Origin: an uncultured bacterium | GTDB taxonomy: Bacteria > Verrucomicrobiota > Verrucomicrobiia > Limisphaerales > UBA11358 | Length of the DNA stretch: 64,000 nt | NCBI GenBank assembly: GCA_963708305.1 | Contig: CAVPSH010000003.1 | Location: 319,957 to 383,956 of the forward strand | Direction: 5' to 3' | Shown: positions 49,909 to 59,950 of the stretch, in pieces | Layout: every line of letters starts with the position of its first letter | Numbering within the stretch: the first letter of the stretch is position 1 | Position numbers and translations under genes: made by a program | The notes under the pieces: generated by a model | The model's database searches: none | Told to the model about the DNA's origin: nothing | The model's input: the letters and a program-made list of their open reading frames with translations, nothing else

Positions 49909-51261
49909 ATGATTCTTTTCCGCAGCACCAACGGCCAGGCGCCCGCCGTCAATTTGCGCGGGGCATTTCATGCCGGACTGGCCCCGGACCGCGGGCTTTA
50001 TTTGCCCGAGAAATTTCCGCAACTGGCGCCGGACGAAATCGCGGCGTTTGCCCAATTGCCCTATCACGAAATCGCCTTTGGCGTTCTGTCAAAATTTACC
50101 GAGGGGATCATTTCCAACCGTGATTTGGCCATCCTGTGCCGCGACGCGTACCATTTCCCGATTCCGCTGGAAAAAATTCACGACCGCGTATTCCTGATGC
50201 GGCTGGACCAGGGCCCGACGGCATCGTTCAAGGATTTCGCCGCACAAATGATGGCGCGGATGTTCGGGCACTTTCTGCGCGACGACGGCCGGCAGGTGAC
50301 CATCCTCACCGCCACCAGCGGCGATACCGGCTCAGCGGTGGCGCACGCCTTTCACGGAGTACCGGGAGTGCGGGTGATCGTGTTGTTTCCCATCGCCGAA
50401 GTCAGCGAGAGCCAGCGCAAGTTGATGACCACGCTGCGCGACAACATCCGCACCGTTGCGATTGACGGGAAATTTGACGATTGCCAGGCGATGGTGAAAC
50501 GCGCCTTTGCCGATCCCGATTTGAAGCACATTCCGTTGTCTTCCGCCAATTCCATCAACATTGGCCGGCTCCTGCCGCAGAGCGTTTATTATTTTTACGC
50601 CGCTTCCCGGCTGGCAAAACCCGGCGAACCCACGGTCTTTTCCATTCCCAGCGGCAATTTTGGCGATGCCATGGGTGCCGTCGTCGCGCGGGAGATGGGT
50701 TTGCCGGTGAAAAAGTTGATTGTGCCGGTGAATGACAACGACGCCTTTCCCACATTTCTTGCGAGCGGCCATTACGACAAAGTCGTGCCCTCGCGCAACT
50801 CGCTCTCCAATGCGATGAACGTCGGCCACCCGAGCAACCTCGCCCGGCTCGTGGCGATTTACGGCGGGCAGATGGACGAGACCGGCAAAATCCACAAGCA
50901 GCCCGACCTTGCCGCGATGCGCCGTGACGTATTCTCCACTTCGGTTTCCGACGAGCGCACGCGGGCGGCGATCCGGGATTTCTGGACGAAATATCAATTG
51001 CTGCTTGAGCCGCACGGCGCAGTGGCGTGGCAGGGCTTTCTCGACTGGCTCGCCGTCGAACCGCTTGGCGACGCGCCGGCCGTGATTATCGAAACCGCAA
51101 ATCCGGCGAAATTCCCGGAAGAAGTCGAAAAAGTTGTCGGCTGGCCTCCCGACGTTCCGCCGGCGATGGCCGCCGCCATCAACCTGCCGGAGGATTTCGA
51201 CCGGATGGACGCGGATTACGGGAAATTTCGCGAGTACCTGGTGCAGCGTCACGCGGCTTGA
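49909..51261 (+). CDS. thrC: Threonine synthase
   Basis: PLP lysine motif [42 protein letters not shown]. 450 aa, intact. Confidence 0.9.
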   Translation: MILFRSTNGQAPAVNLRGAFHAGLAPDRGLYLPEKFPQLAPDEIAAFAQLPYHEIAFGVLSKFTEGIISNRDLAILCRDAYHFPIPLEKIHDRVFLMRLDQGPTASFKDFAAQMMARMFGHFLRDDGRQVTILTATSGDTGSAVAHAFHGVPGVRVIVLFPIAEVSESQRKLMTTLRDNIRTVAIDGKFDDCQAMVKRAFADPDLKHIPLSSANSINIGRLLPQSVYYFYAASRLAKPGEPTVFSIPSGNFGDAMGAVVAREMGLPVKKLIVPVNDNDAFPTFLASGHYDKVVPSRNSLSNAMNVGHPSNLARLVAIYGGQMDETGKIHKQPDLAAMRRDVFSTSVSDERTRAAIRDFWTKYQLLLEPHGAVAWQGFLDWLAVEPLGDAPAVIIETANPAKFPEEVEKVVGWPPDVPPAMAAAINLPEDFDRMDADYGKFREYLVQRHAA

Positions 51262-51304
51262 TTGCCGGCGCGTTTCTGGCATCCTTTCCGTTCCAAAAAC
51301 TGCC

Positions 51305-52527
51305 ATGGCTTTGATCGTCCAAAAATACGGCGGCACCTCGGTCGGCAACACCGACCGCATCAAAAACGTCGCGGCGCGCGTGGCCAAATATCGCGCGCAA
51401 GGCGATCAGATTGTCGTGGTGGTTTCGGCCATGAGCGGCGTGACGGATGGCCTGATCAAATTGGCCAAGGACATTGCGCCGTTGCCGAGCGAACGCGAGA
51501 TGGACATGTTGCTGGCGACCGGCGAACAACAAACCATCGCGCTCACGGCGATTGCGCTGCACGCGCTTGAACGTTCCCGCCGTTTCACTCACCGGGGCGC
51601 AGGCGGGCATCGTGACCGACGGCGTCCATACCAAGGCGAAGATTCACAACATCACCCCGAAGAAAGTCCGTGACCTTTTGAAACAAGGCAACGTCGTCAT
51701 TGTCGCCGGTTTTCAGGGTGAAACCCCGGAAGGGCCAGATCACCACGCTGGGCCGCGGCGGTTCGGACTTGACCGCGATTGCGCTGGCGGCCGCGCTCAA
51801 GGCCGATCTTTGCCAGATCTACACGGACGTGGACGGCGTTTACACCGCCGACCCGCGCATCGTAAAAGATGCGAAGAAACTGGAGGAAATTTCCTATGAC
51901 GAAATGCTCGAACTGGCCAGTCTCGGCGCCAAGGTGATGCAGTCCGCTCGGTGGAATTCGCGAAAAAATTTGGACGTCGTATTTGAAGTCCGTTCCAGTT
52001 TGAATGACAACCCCGGAACCATTGTGAAAGAAGAAACCAAAAGCATGGAAGACGTCGTCGTGCGCGGCGTTTCACTCGACAAGAATCAGGCGAAGGTCAC
52101 GCTCGTCGGCGTGCCTGACAAACCCGGCGTGGCGGCGCGCATCTTCAAGGCGCTCGGCGACGCAACCGTTAACGTGGACATGATCGTCCAAAACATCAGT
52201 CATGGCAGCGGCGTGCCGGCCACCGACCTCTCATTCACCGTGGACAAGCCGGACTTGCTGAAAGCGCAAAAGGTGATTGACGGCCTGAAAAAAGAGCTCG
52301 GTTTCCGCGACGTGATTGCTACGGAAAAGATCGGCAAACTCTCCATCGTCGGCGTGGGCATGCAAAGCCATACGGGCGTGGCCGCAAAGCTGTTTGAGAC
52401 ACTGGCCAACGAAGGTGTGAACATTGACATGATTTCCACCAGCGAAATCAAAATTTCCGTGGTGATTGATCTGGCCAAGGGCGAAGCGGCGATGAAAGCC
52501 GTCCACGCGGCGTTTATCGAGAATTAA
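51305..52527 (+). pseudogene. lysC: Aspartate kinase with two +1 frameshifts (~51567, ~51733) and a short compensated out-of-frame stretch (51944-51975)
   Basis: [14 protein letters not shown]...[12 protein letters not shown] (frame a), [17 protein letters not shown] (frame b), [14 protein letters not shown]...two ACT domains (frame c). Confidence 0.9.
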
Positions 52528-52529
52528 AG

Positions 52530-52898
52530 TCAGTCGTTTTTGAAATAGCCGGCAAACGGCTTGAGGATTTCCGATTTGACCAGGGCGATGATGACGACGG
52601 TGTAAACCAACGAGACAATCACGTCCGTCAACAATTCCCGGCGCAAGTCCGGCGGCGGTTTTTCCGAAAAAATCTGCCGTGTGCCCTTGTGCAGGAGCAC
52701 AAGGCCGAGCACGTTCGTCAGCCAGTAGCCGATGATTAAACTCGCCGCGAACGCCGGCTTGTAAAACAGACTCACCAGCCAGGCGAAGGCCAGCGCGAGG
52801 GGAATGTTCACGAATGCGTCATTCCACCAGGAGAGCGGCGAGAGCAGGTAACCAATCGTCGCCAGAGCGCCGCCGGAGATTTTGCGTTTCCAAGCCAT
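52530..52898 (-). CDS. Small integral membrane protein, function unknown
   Basis: MAWKRKISGGALATIGYLLSPLSWWNDAFVNIPLALAFAWLVSLF... has 3-4 TM segments. Confidence 0.5.
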   Translation of the reverse strand: MAWKRKISGGALATIGYLLSPLSWWNDAFVNIPLALAFAWLVSLFYKPAFAASLIIGYWLTNVLGLVLLHKGTRQIFSEKPPPDLRRELLTDVIVSLVYTVVIIALVKSEILKPFAGYFKND

Positions 52899-53085
52899 AG
52901 ACACGCCAGTCTCCCGGCGACGGCGGAGAAGAAGCAAGTGCGAATTTGAAAACGTCGCCGAAATGACAAAAGCAATTCAACTGCTCGCCACGCTTTTAGA
53001 TTCCACCTTGCGTGTGAACGTGTTATGGGACGGAGAAAAGCAGCATTCTGACCGGAAGAAAAAGGATTTGACCTGCTGAACCCAA

Positions 53086-53178
53086 ATGGCTATGATTCTT
53101 GCAGTGAATCGCAATTTGAATCTGAACCTGCTGCTGAACGCGCTGCTGCTGTTGTGCCGCGCGGCGGTTGGGTTCTGA
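53086..53178 (+). CDS. Leucine-rich leader peptide of a leuA attenuator (30 codons, 10 Leu)
   Basis: [30 protein letters not shown]. Leu codons at 53098, 53116, 53122, 53128-53136 and 53143-53154. The stop lies 2 nt after the antiterminator arm. Confidence 0.6.
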   Translation: MAMILAVNRNLNLNLLLNALLLLCRAAVGF

Positions 53179-53198
53179 TTCGTTCATCAATTTTATCG

Positions 53199-53235
53199 AA
53201 CCCCACTGCCAAACCGGCGGTGGGGTTTTTGTTTT
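53199..53235 (+). terminator. Intrinsic terminator (attenuator) between the leader peptide and leuA
   Basis: CCCCACTGCC (53201-10) aaacc GGCGGTGGGG (53216-25), a 10-bp stem followed by TTTTTGTTTT. Confidence 0.75.
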
Positions 53236-53273
53236 GCCAAACGGAAGCGCCGCCGCCACAACTAAAGACGAAC

Positions 53274-54933
53274 ATGCACAAAAATCCGTCGAAAGAAATA
53301 CCGTCCGTTCCCGCCGGTCAGCTTGCCCGACCGGCAGTGGCCCAACCGCGTCCTCACCCGTGCGCCGCAGCTGGTGCAGCGTGGATTTGCGCGACGGCAA
53401 CCAGGCGCTCGCCGTGCCGATGAACGTCAGCCAGAAGCTCGAACTCTTCCAGACGCTCGTGAAAATCGGCTTCAAGGAAATCGAAGTCGGCTTTCCGTCC
53501 GCGTCGAACACGGAGTTCGCGTTCAACCGCCGGCTCATCGAGGAAAACCGCGCGCCGGACGACGTGTGGCTCCAGGTGCTCGTGCAGGCGCGCGAGGATT
53601 TGATCGAGCGCACCGTGGAATCGCTCATCGGCGCGAAGAAGGCCATCATTCACCTTTACAATTCCACCTCGCCGGCGCAACGCCGCGTCGTCTTCGGCAA
53701 ATCGAAGCAGGAAATCATCGAAGTGGCCGTGCGCGGCGCGCAATGGATCAAGGACCGTTTGCCCCGGCTCAAGGGCACGGAAGTCGATGCTCCAGTATTC
53801 GCCGGAAAGTTTCAGCGCCACGGAAGTGGAATTTGCGAAGGAAATTTCCGAAGCCGTCATGGAGATCTGGCAACCGACGCCGAAACGGAAGATGATTTTG
53901 AATTTGCCGGACACGGTGGAAGTGGCGATGCCGAACGTTTATGCCGACCAAATCGAATGGATTTGCCGCAACATCAAAAATCGCGATTCGCTCATCATCA
54001 GTCTGCACACGCACAACGACCGTTGCACCGGCGTGGCGGCGACCGAATTGGGCTTGCTCGCCGGAGCGGACCGCGTCGAAGGCACGCTCTTCGGCAATGG
54101 CGAGCGAACGGGGAATTTGGACATCGTCACCGTGGCCTTGAATCTTTACCAGCACGGGATTGATCCGAAGCTGGATTTTCCGGACCTCAATTCGATTATC
54201 GAGGTCTACGAACGTTGCACGGGCATGACGGTTCCGCCGCGCCAGCCTTACGCGGGCGAACTGGTTTTCACCGCGTTCAGCGGTTCGCACCAGGACGCCA
54301 TTCGCAAGGGGCTGAATGAATGGAAAGAGGACGGACGCACGCACTGGGATGTGCCGTATCTCACGATTGACCCGGCGGACATCGGCCGTGAATACCGCGA
54401 GGTCATCCGTGTCAACAGCCAGTCCGGCAAGGGCGGTGTGGCCTATTTGCTGGAAAGCCAGTTCGGCATCGAATTGCCCAAGGACATGCAGCGCGAGTTC
54501 GGTCCGATCGCGAATGATGAAGTGGACAAGCTGGGCCGCGAAGTGAGCGCCGCCGAATTAAAACAGATGTTCTGGAAGTGAATACATCGAGCGCACGACA
54601 CCCTGGCAGCTTAAGAAATTTGAAACGGAGAGCAAAAACGGCATCGTCAAATGCCGCGCGAAATTGTTGCATGACGGGAAGATGGTGGAACTGGCCGGCC
54701 AGGGCAATGGTCCGTTGGCCGCACTCGTTCATGGTTTCAGCAAGGCCGGCGGGCCCCGTTTTGAAATCACGGCTTACAGCGAGCACGCCTTGAGTTCCGG
54801 CGAGGCGGCGGCGGCGATTGCCTACATTCAAATCAAGCAGGGTGACGGCAGAACCCGCTGGGGCGCCGGCGTGGATACGAATATTGAGCTGGCGTCCGTG
54901 CGCGCCGTCTTGAGCGCGCTAAACCGGTTGTGA
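53274..54933 (+). pseudogene. leuA: 2-isopropylmalate synthase (long LeuA form with a C-terminal regulatory domain) with four +1 frameshifts
   Basis: MHKNPSK|[25 protein letters not shown]|[13 protein letters not shown]...LYNSTS...|MLQYSPESF...[11 protein letters not shown]...FSGSHQDAI...MFWK|EYIERTTPWQL...; shifts at 53295, 53371, 53786 and 54579. Confidence 0.9.
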
Positions 54934-55000
54934 TTGTGTTGAGGTTCAATCATTTCCTGCTCGTCAAAAGAATGCGGACTTTCTAGCATTCGGCGTCGTT

Positions 55001-55993
55001 ATGAAATTAGGTCGTCATTTTCTTTTTGGGATTGCGGGCGTCATTTTCGCCGGCGCCAGCCTTCTGGCGGCTGACGTCAGGTCATCCAACACCACGGTGG
55101 CCACCCCGCCGGTTTATGTCCCGAACTTGTCGGGCGCGTCGGGGCCGTTGCCTGACGGGATACTGGCGTGGGACGCGACGACCAAAGAAACCAATGTCAT
55201 CGCGAATACCGGCCCGGCGCATTTCGTCTTCAATTTCACCAACGTGGCAACCCAGGTTAATCTTGGCCTGGCAACCAATATTACCAGCATCACCAACTTC
55301 GCGACGGTCACCAATGCGAGTTTTTGGGCGCGATTATTTGGAAGAAAAATTACCCAGGTTGCCCGCGTTGCCAGCAACACCAACATCGTCACCGTCACAA
55401 ATTCCATTACGCCGGCGCCAGTCACCATTTTGAGTGTGCGTCCGTCCTGCGGTTGCACCACGACAAAATTGCCGCCGTTGCCCTGGACACTCGTACCCGG
55501 CACCAACGGCCAGATCGAAGCCACGGTAAATTTATATGTTGCGACTGGCACATTGTACAAGACGTTGATGGTCTATACTGATAAAGGCTCCAAGACTTTG
55601 ATGATGAAAATCACCATTCTGCCTTTCCAGATGCCCAAAATGTCGGAAGCCGAGCGTGAAGCAAACAGGAAGCTGGCTGTGGCGGATCGGCAGTTGGTCT
55701 TTAAGGGAGAATGTGCGACGTGCCATGTCCGGCAGGGTGAAGGCAAATACGGCCAGGCGCTTTACGACGCTGATTGCGCCATTTGTCATGAAGGTGAACA
55801 TCGCGCGACCATGGTGCCGGATTTGCACGCGCTCAAAACGCCCACCAATTTCGAATTCTGGCGCATTTGGGTCGCCCATGGCAAACCCGGCTCGCTGATG
55901 CCGGCGTTTTCAGGTACTGACGGCGGTCCGTTGTCAGATATGCAAATTGATTCGCTGGCTACGTATCTTAATGAGTCGATAAAGGCTCATTAA
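55001..55993 (+). CDS. DUF1573-like domain fused to a c-type cytochrome domain (two CxxCH)
   Basis: Signal-like N-terminus. ILSVRPSCGCTTTKLP (DUF1573 hallmark). CATCH and CAICH heme-binding motifs, with a distal ...SLMPAF. Confidence 0.75.
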   Translation: MKLGRHFLFGIAGVIFAGASLLAADVRSSNTTVATPPVYVPNLSGASGPLPDGILAWDATTKETNVIANTGPAHFVFNFTNVATQVNLGLATNITSITNFATVTNASFWARLFGRKITQVARVASNTNIVTVTNSITPAPVTILSVRPSCGCTTTKLPPLPWTLVPGTNGQIEATVNLYVATGTLYKTLMVYTDKGSKTLMMKITILPFQMPKMSEAEREANRKLAVADRQLVFKGECATCHVRQGEGKYGQALYDADCAICHEGEHRATMVPDLHALKTPTNFEFWRIWVAHGKPGSLMPAFSGTDGGPLSDMQIDSLATYLNESIKAH

Positions 55994-56145
55994 TTGCGAA
56001 GAGTCACCTTGATGACCGGCATCTATTACAGGATTCTTTTTAGATTTTATCGTTAAGGGTTAAGGAGGTTTATGTGCGATTTTTGGGCAATTCCGCTGTT
56101 TTGTGCTTGCAAAAATGTATCAATTTGGTACAGTTAAGCGTGGAC

Positions 56146-56714
56146 ATGACGTACCTTGCCTTTAAGAAGTTCTCGGAGGTTTTGCTGCTTCATTTGAAAG
56201 TTTGGCGTTTGCGAATTTCATGGCCATGGTTTTTGCGTCATTGTGGCAGTCTGGCAATGATTTTGAGCATTGTCGGGGCTTAGTTATCTGCTGATCAGCC
56301 GGTTTGTTATTCAATCGGTCCAGGTCGTTGGTGACAGCATGTATCCCACGCTCATAAATTCGGGACATTATTGGCTGGATCGGTATAGCTATTTGGTAGG
56401 CGAGCCGCAACGTGACGATATTGTTGCCGTCAGGGATCCAGAAGATAACGTACTGTTGGTCAAGCGTATCATTGCCACGCCCGGTGAATCCGTTTGTTTC
56501 AAGAACGGCAAGGTCTATGTCGAATGGCCAGTTGTTGCGCGAACCCTATCTTTTGCCCGACACACCAACCTATGCTTACGATAGAAATGGGAACGAATTC
56601 ATCAGTTTCGGCGACAAATATTTTGTCATGGGCGACAACCGCAACAACAGCATGGACAGCCGCGTATTCGGAGCGGTCTCGCGCCAGGACATCCTCGGTA
56701 AGTTGATCGAGTAA
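56146..56714 (+). pseudogene. lepB: Signal peptidase I with two +1 frameshifts (56281, 56522); start uncertain
   Basis: ...SLAMILSIVGA|SYLLISRFVIQSVQVVGDSMYPTL...IVAVRDPE...LVKRIIATPGE...KVYV|NGQLLREPY...YFVMGDNRNNSMDSR. Confidence 0.85.
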
Positions 56715-56784
56715 GGGCTCAAAGCCTTGGTGATTTCAACAATCCCCGCTTGCGTTCGTTGCTTCAGGCGCTACGCTGTCAACC

Positions 56785-57889
56785 ATGACAGTTGAATTGG
56801 TTGACGCAACCAACCACTCCCGAATCGCCGGACTGGGCCGGCACGTGCTCGACGGGACGAACATCACCCGGGACGAAGCGTTGTGGCTCTTCCAGCCTGG
56901 AAAACACCGCCGACATTTTTGATTTGCTGTCCTGGGCGAACCGGATTCGCGAACATTTCAAGGGCAACAAGATCCACCTTTGCTCCATCGTCAACGCCAA
57001 GGCCGGCGCGTGCTCGGAGAATTGCAGTTTTTGCGCGCAATCGTCCTTTTACCAGACCGGTTCGCCCCGATACGGTTTTGTTGATCCCGAACCGGTTCAG
57101 GAGGCCGCTGAAGAAGCGAATAAAAACGGCGTCACCGCCGTCGGCCTGGTCGCTGCGTGGAAAGGTTTGAACGAAGGCCCGATGCTGGACGAGGTCTGTG
57201 ACCGCATCCGGGAATTGAAGGCCGGCGGCAAAACCCGGCCCGATGTCTCGCTCGGCATCATCAAGAGCCAGCGGGTCGCCGACCGTTTGAAGGAAGCGGG
57301 GGTGGAATGCTACGGCCACAACCTGGAAAGTTCGCGCCGCTTTTTCCCCAGAACCTGCACCACCCATACCTACGATGACCGGCTCGAAACCATCGGCTAT
57401 TTGAAAAAAGCCGGCATCAAGATTTGTTCCGGCGGCATCATCGGCATGGGCGAGACGCGCGAAGACCGTTGCGACCTCGCGTTTGCGCTCAAGGAAATCG
57501 GCGCGAACGTCGTGCCCATCAATATTCTCAATCCCATCAAAGGCACGCCGTTTGAAAACAATCCCCCGCTGCCGGTCATGGAAATTTTGAAGACCATCGC
57601 CTGCTTCCGGTTCATCCTGCCGCGGCAGGAAATCATGATTGCCGGCGGTCGCACGGTGAATCTGCGTGACGCGCAAAGCATGATTTTCATGGCCGGCGCC
57701 AGCGCCCTCATGGTCGGCAACTATCTCACCACGCTGAACCAGCCGGTCGAAAAGGATTTGCAGATGCTCAAGGACCTCGGCCTCGACCCGAGCTGGGACA
57801 AACACGGATTCAGCGATCAGGGCGAAACCGGTTGCGGCTGTGAAAAGGAAAGTTGCGAACCGGAAGCCGAATTAGCGACCACGAAGTAA
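56785..57889 (+). pseudogene. bioB: Biotin synthase with a +1 frameshift at 56896
   Basis: MTVELVDATNHSRIAGLGRHVLDGTNITRDEALWLFQ|LENTADIFDLLSWANRIRE...AGACSENCSFCAQS (CxxxCxxC)...GGIIGMGET. Confidence 0.9.
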
Positions 57890-57978
57890 TTGTCCCTCAC
57901 GTCGCCAAATGGAGAGCAGGAAGGAATCGCCGCAAGAATCGGGTGGGAGCGATCGTTGTCTCGTGGCAACTTGGGAGC

Positions 57979-58835
57979 ATGAATGATTACGAACGCATTG
58001 CTCAAATCATCCGGTTTCTGGACGAGTGTCACGTCGAGCAGCCGGAGCTGACTGCTTTGGCTGAACGCGCGGGTTTGAGCCAGTTCCATTTTCACCGTCT
58101 GTTCACGACGTGGGCGGGGGTGACGCCCAAGGATTTTCTCCAATGCCTCACGTTCGCACACGCAAAGGAATTGTTGCGCGCAGGTGAAAGCATTTTGGAT
58201 GCAGCGCTGGAATCCGGCCTGTCCGGACCGGGCCGGCTCCACGATCTGTGCGTGAATCTGGAAGCCGCGTCACCCGGCGAATGGAAATCCGGCGGCGCGG
58301 GCTGGACGATTTCCTTCGGCTGCGTCGACAGTCCGTTTGGAGAATGTCTCATTGCCGAAAGTCCGCGTGGCATCTGCCATTTGTCGTTTGTTGAAAATGA
58401 AAAGCGGCCCTGGCCGAACTTCAAAACCATTGGCCGCAGGCAAAATTGAAACAGGTTGATTCCGCCGCCGCCCGGCTCATCGCAAAGATTTTCGCGCGAC
58501 CAAACGGTTCACCCGCACGACCGGTGCTGCATGCGTTTGTACGCGGCACGCCGTTTCAAGTGCGCGTCTGGCGGGCGTTGTTGCAGGTTCCGCCGGGTTC
58601 GCTGACCAGTTATGGCCGTTTGGCGGCGGCGATTGGGCAACCCGCCGCCTCGCGGGCCGTGGGCGCCGCCGTGGGTCAAAATCCGCTGGGGTATCTCATC
58701 CCCTGCCATCGCGTCATTCGCGAGACGGGCGTGATTGGGGATTATCACTGGGGACAAATTCGCAAGCGCGCCATGGTTGCCTGGGAAAGTTCGCCACGCC
58801 TTCAGCAGGACAATCTGATTTCGCAAACACCGTAA
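57979..58835 (+). pseudogene. AraC-HTH / methylated-DNA-protein-cysteine methyltransferase fusion (Ada/Ogt-like) with a -1 frameshift near 58401
   Basis: HTH AERAGLSQFHFHRLFTTWAGVTPKDF in ORF 57853-58449. AALAELQNHWPQAKLKQVD...TYGRLAAAIG...IPCHRVI in ORF 58446-58835. Confidence 0.85.
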
Positions 58836-58866
58836 AAAGATAAAATTTGTTTGCGTCTTCGCGTGT

Positions 58867-59676
58867 TTGCGTGAAATTCTCCGCGTGGAACGACTTGGAA
58901 AAAATCACTGTGGCTACCACGGCGAGACGATTGAGGTCCGTGCCGTGTTGCGCGACATTGAATTCGCAGCGCAGCAACAGGGTTGGACCGTTGAAACCTT
59001 CGGCCGGCAAGGCGAGTTCAATTTGATCGCCCTGCATCGTGCGCCGGTTTCATTCCCCAACCCGCCATCCCCCATCCGCCTTTACCTTTCCACGGGCATT
59101 CATGGCGACGAACCTGCGGGACCGCTGGCCGCGTTGCGGTTGCTGCGAGAGAATCATTGGCCGCCGAACGCGGAACTTTGGTTCTGCCCGTGTTTGAATC
59201 CAATGGGCTTCATGCTGAACCGACGTGAGAATCCCGCCGGCAAGGATTTAAACCGTGATTACCGGCATCCGGAGACTGCGGAAGTCCGTGCCCACATTGC
59301 GTGGCTGGAGCCCCAGCCGCGATTTGACGTGTATCTCTGCCTACATGAGGATTGGGAATCACACGGTTTTTATCTTTACGAACAAAATCCTGACGGCAAG
59401 CCTTCGCTCGCGGAAACCATTATTGAAGCCGTGCAAAAGATCTGTCCCATTGACGCGTCGGAAGTCATCGAGGACCGCCCGGCGAAAGGCGGCGTCATCC
59501 GACCGAATCTCGATCCGAACACGCGCCCGCAATGGGCCGAGGCGTTTTACTTGATTTTGAACAAATCACGGTTGGGCTGTACGCTGGAGGCGCCGTCGGA
59601 TTTCCCGTTGCCGGTTCGCGTGAATGCGCTGGTCACAGGTGTGAACGCGGCGTTAAAATCGTTCGATCCGGTTTGA
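58867..59676 (+). CDS. M14-type zinc carboxypeptidase / succinylglutamate-desuccinylase-like protein
   Basis: STGIHGDEPAG (HxxE zinc site), NPMGF...RENPAGKDLNRDY, LHEDW. TTG start is uncertain. Confidence 0.7.
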   Translation: MREILRVERLGKNHCGYHGETIEVRAVLRDIEFAAQQQGWTVETFGRQGEFNLIALHRAPVSFPNPPSPIRLYLSTGIHGDEPAGPLAALRLLRENHWPPNAELWFCPCLNPMGFMLNRRENPAGKDLNRDYRHPETAEVRAHIAWLEPQPRFDVYLCLHEDWESHGFYLYEQNPDGKPSLAETIIEAVQKICPIDASEVIEDRPAKGGVIRPNLDPNTRPQWAEAFYLILNKSRLGCTLEAPSDFPLPVRVNALVTGVNAALKSFDPV

Positions 59677-59811
59677 CCGTGAATGGGTTCAAGGGAATTG
59701 CCTGGGCGGAAACGAGGTTGATTTCGCGGCCAAAAAAATTATCATTACGGATAAGTCGGATGCGGCTGCCGAAATCCTGAAACCAAGTGTGCGGTTGATC
59801 CGGTTGTGCAA

Positions 59812-59886
59812 GCCAATGTAGCTCAGCGGTAGAGCAACGGTTTCGTAAACCGTCGGTCGCCGGTTCAATCCCGGCCATTGGCTCCA
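59812..59886 (+). tRNA. tRNA-Thr (anticodon CGT), CCA encoded
   Basis: Cloverleaf read by eye: acceptor GCCAATG/CATTGGC, D stem GCTC/GAGC, anticodon stem ACGGT/ACCGT with loop TTCGTAA, T stem GCCGG/CCGGC with loop TTCAATC, 3' TCCA. Confidence 0.9.
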
Positions 59887-59950
59887 ACTGTTTTTCAATC
59901 AATAACTTAAGTAACTTACTGACGTCTGATTTCAGGCGTTTTTCTTTCGT

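Noticed and set aside
53068-53096. TTGACC-17-TATGAT called as the definite leuA-leader promoter.
   Set aside because: The match is good, but it would place the transcription start downstream of the leader ATG (53086). It is kept only as a caveat inside the attenuator finding.
59633-59902. Two minus-strand ORFs (89 and 69 aa) overlapping 59812-59886.
   Set aside because: They are antisense translations of the tRNA-Thr gene (the ...GIEPATDGLRNRCSTAEL... pattern typical of tRNA shadows).
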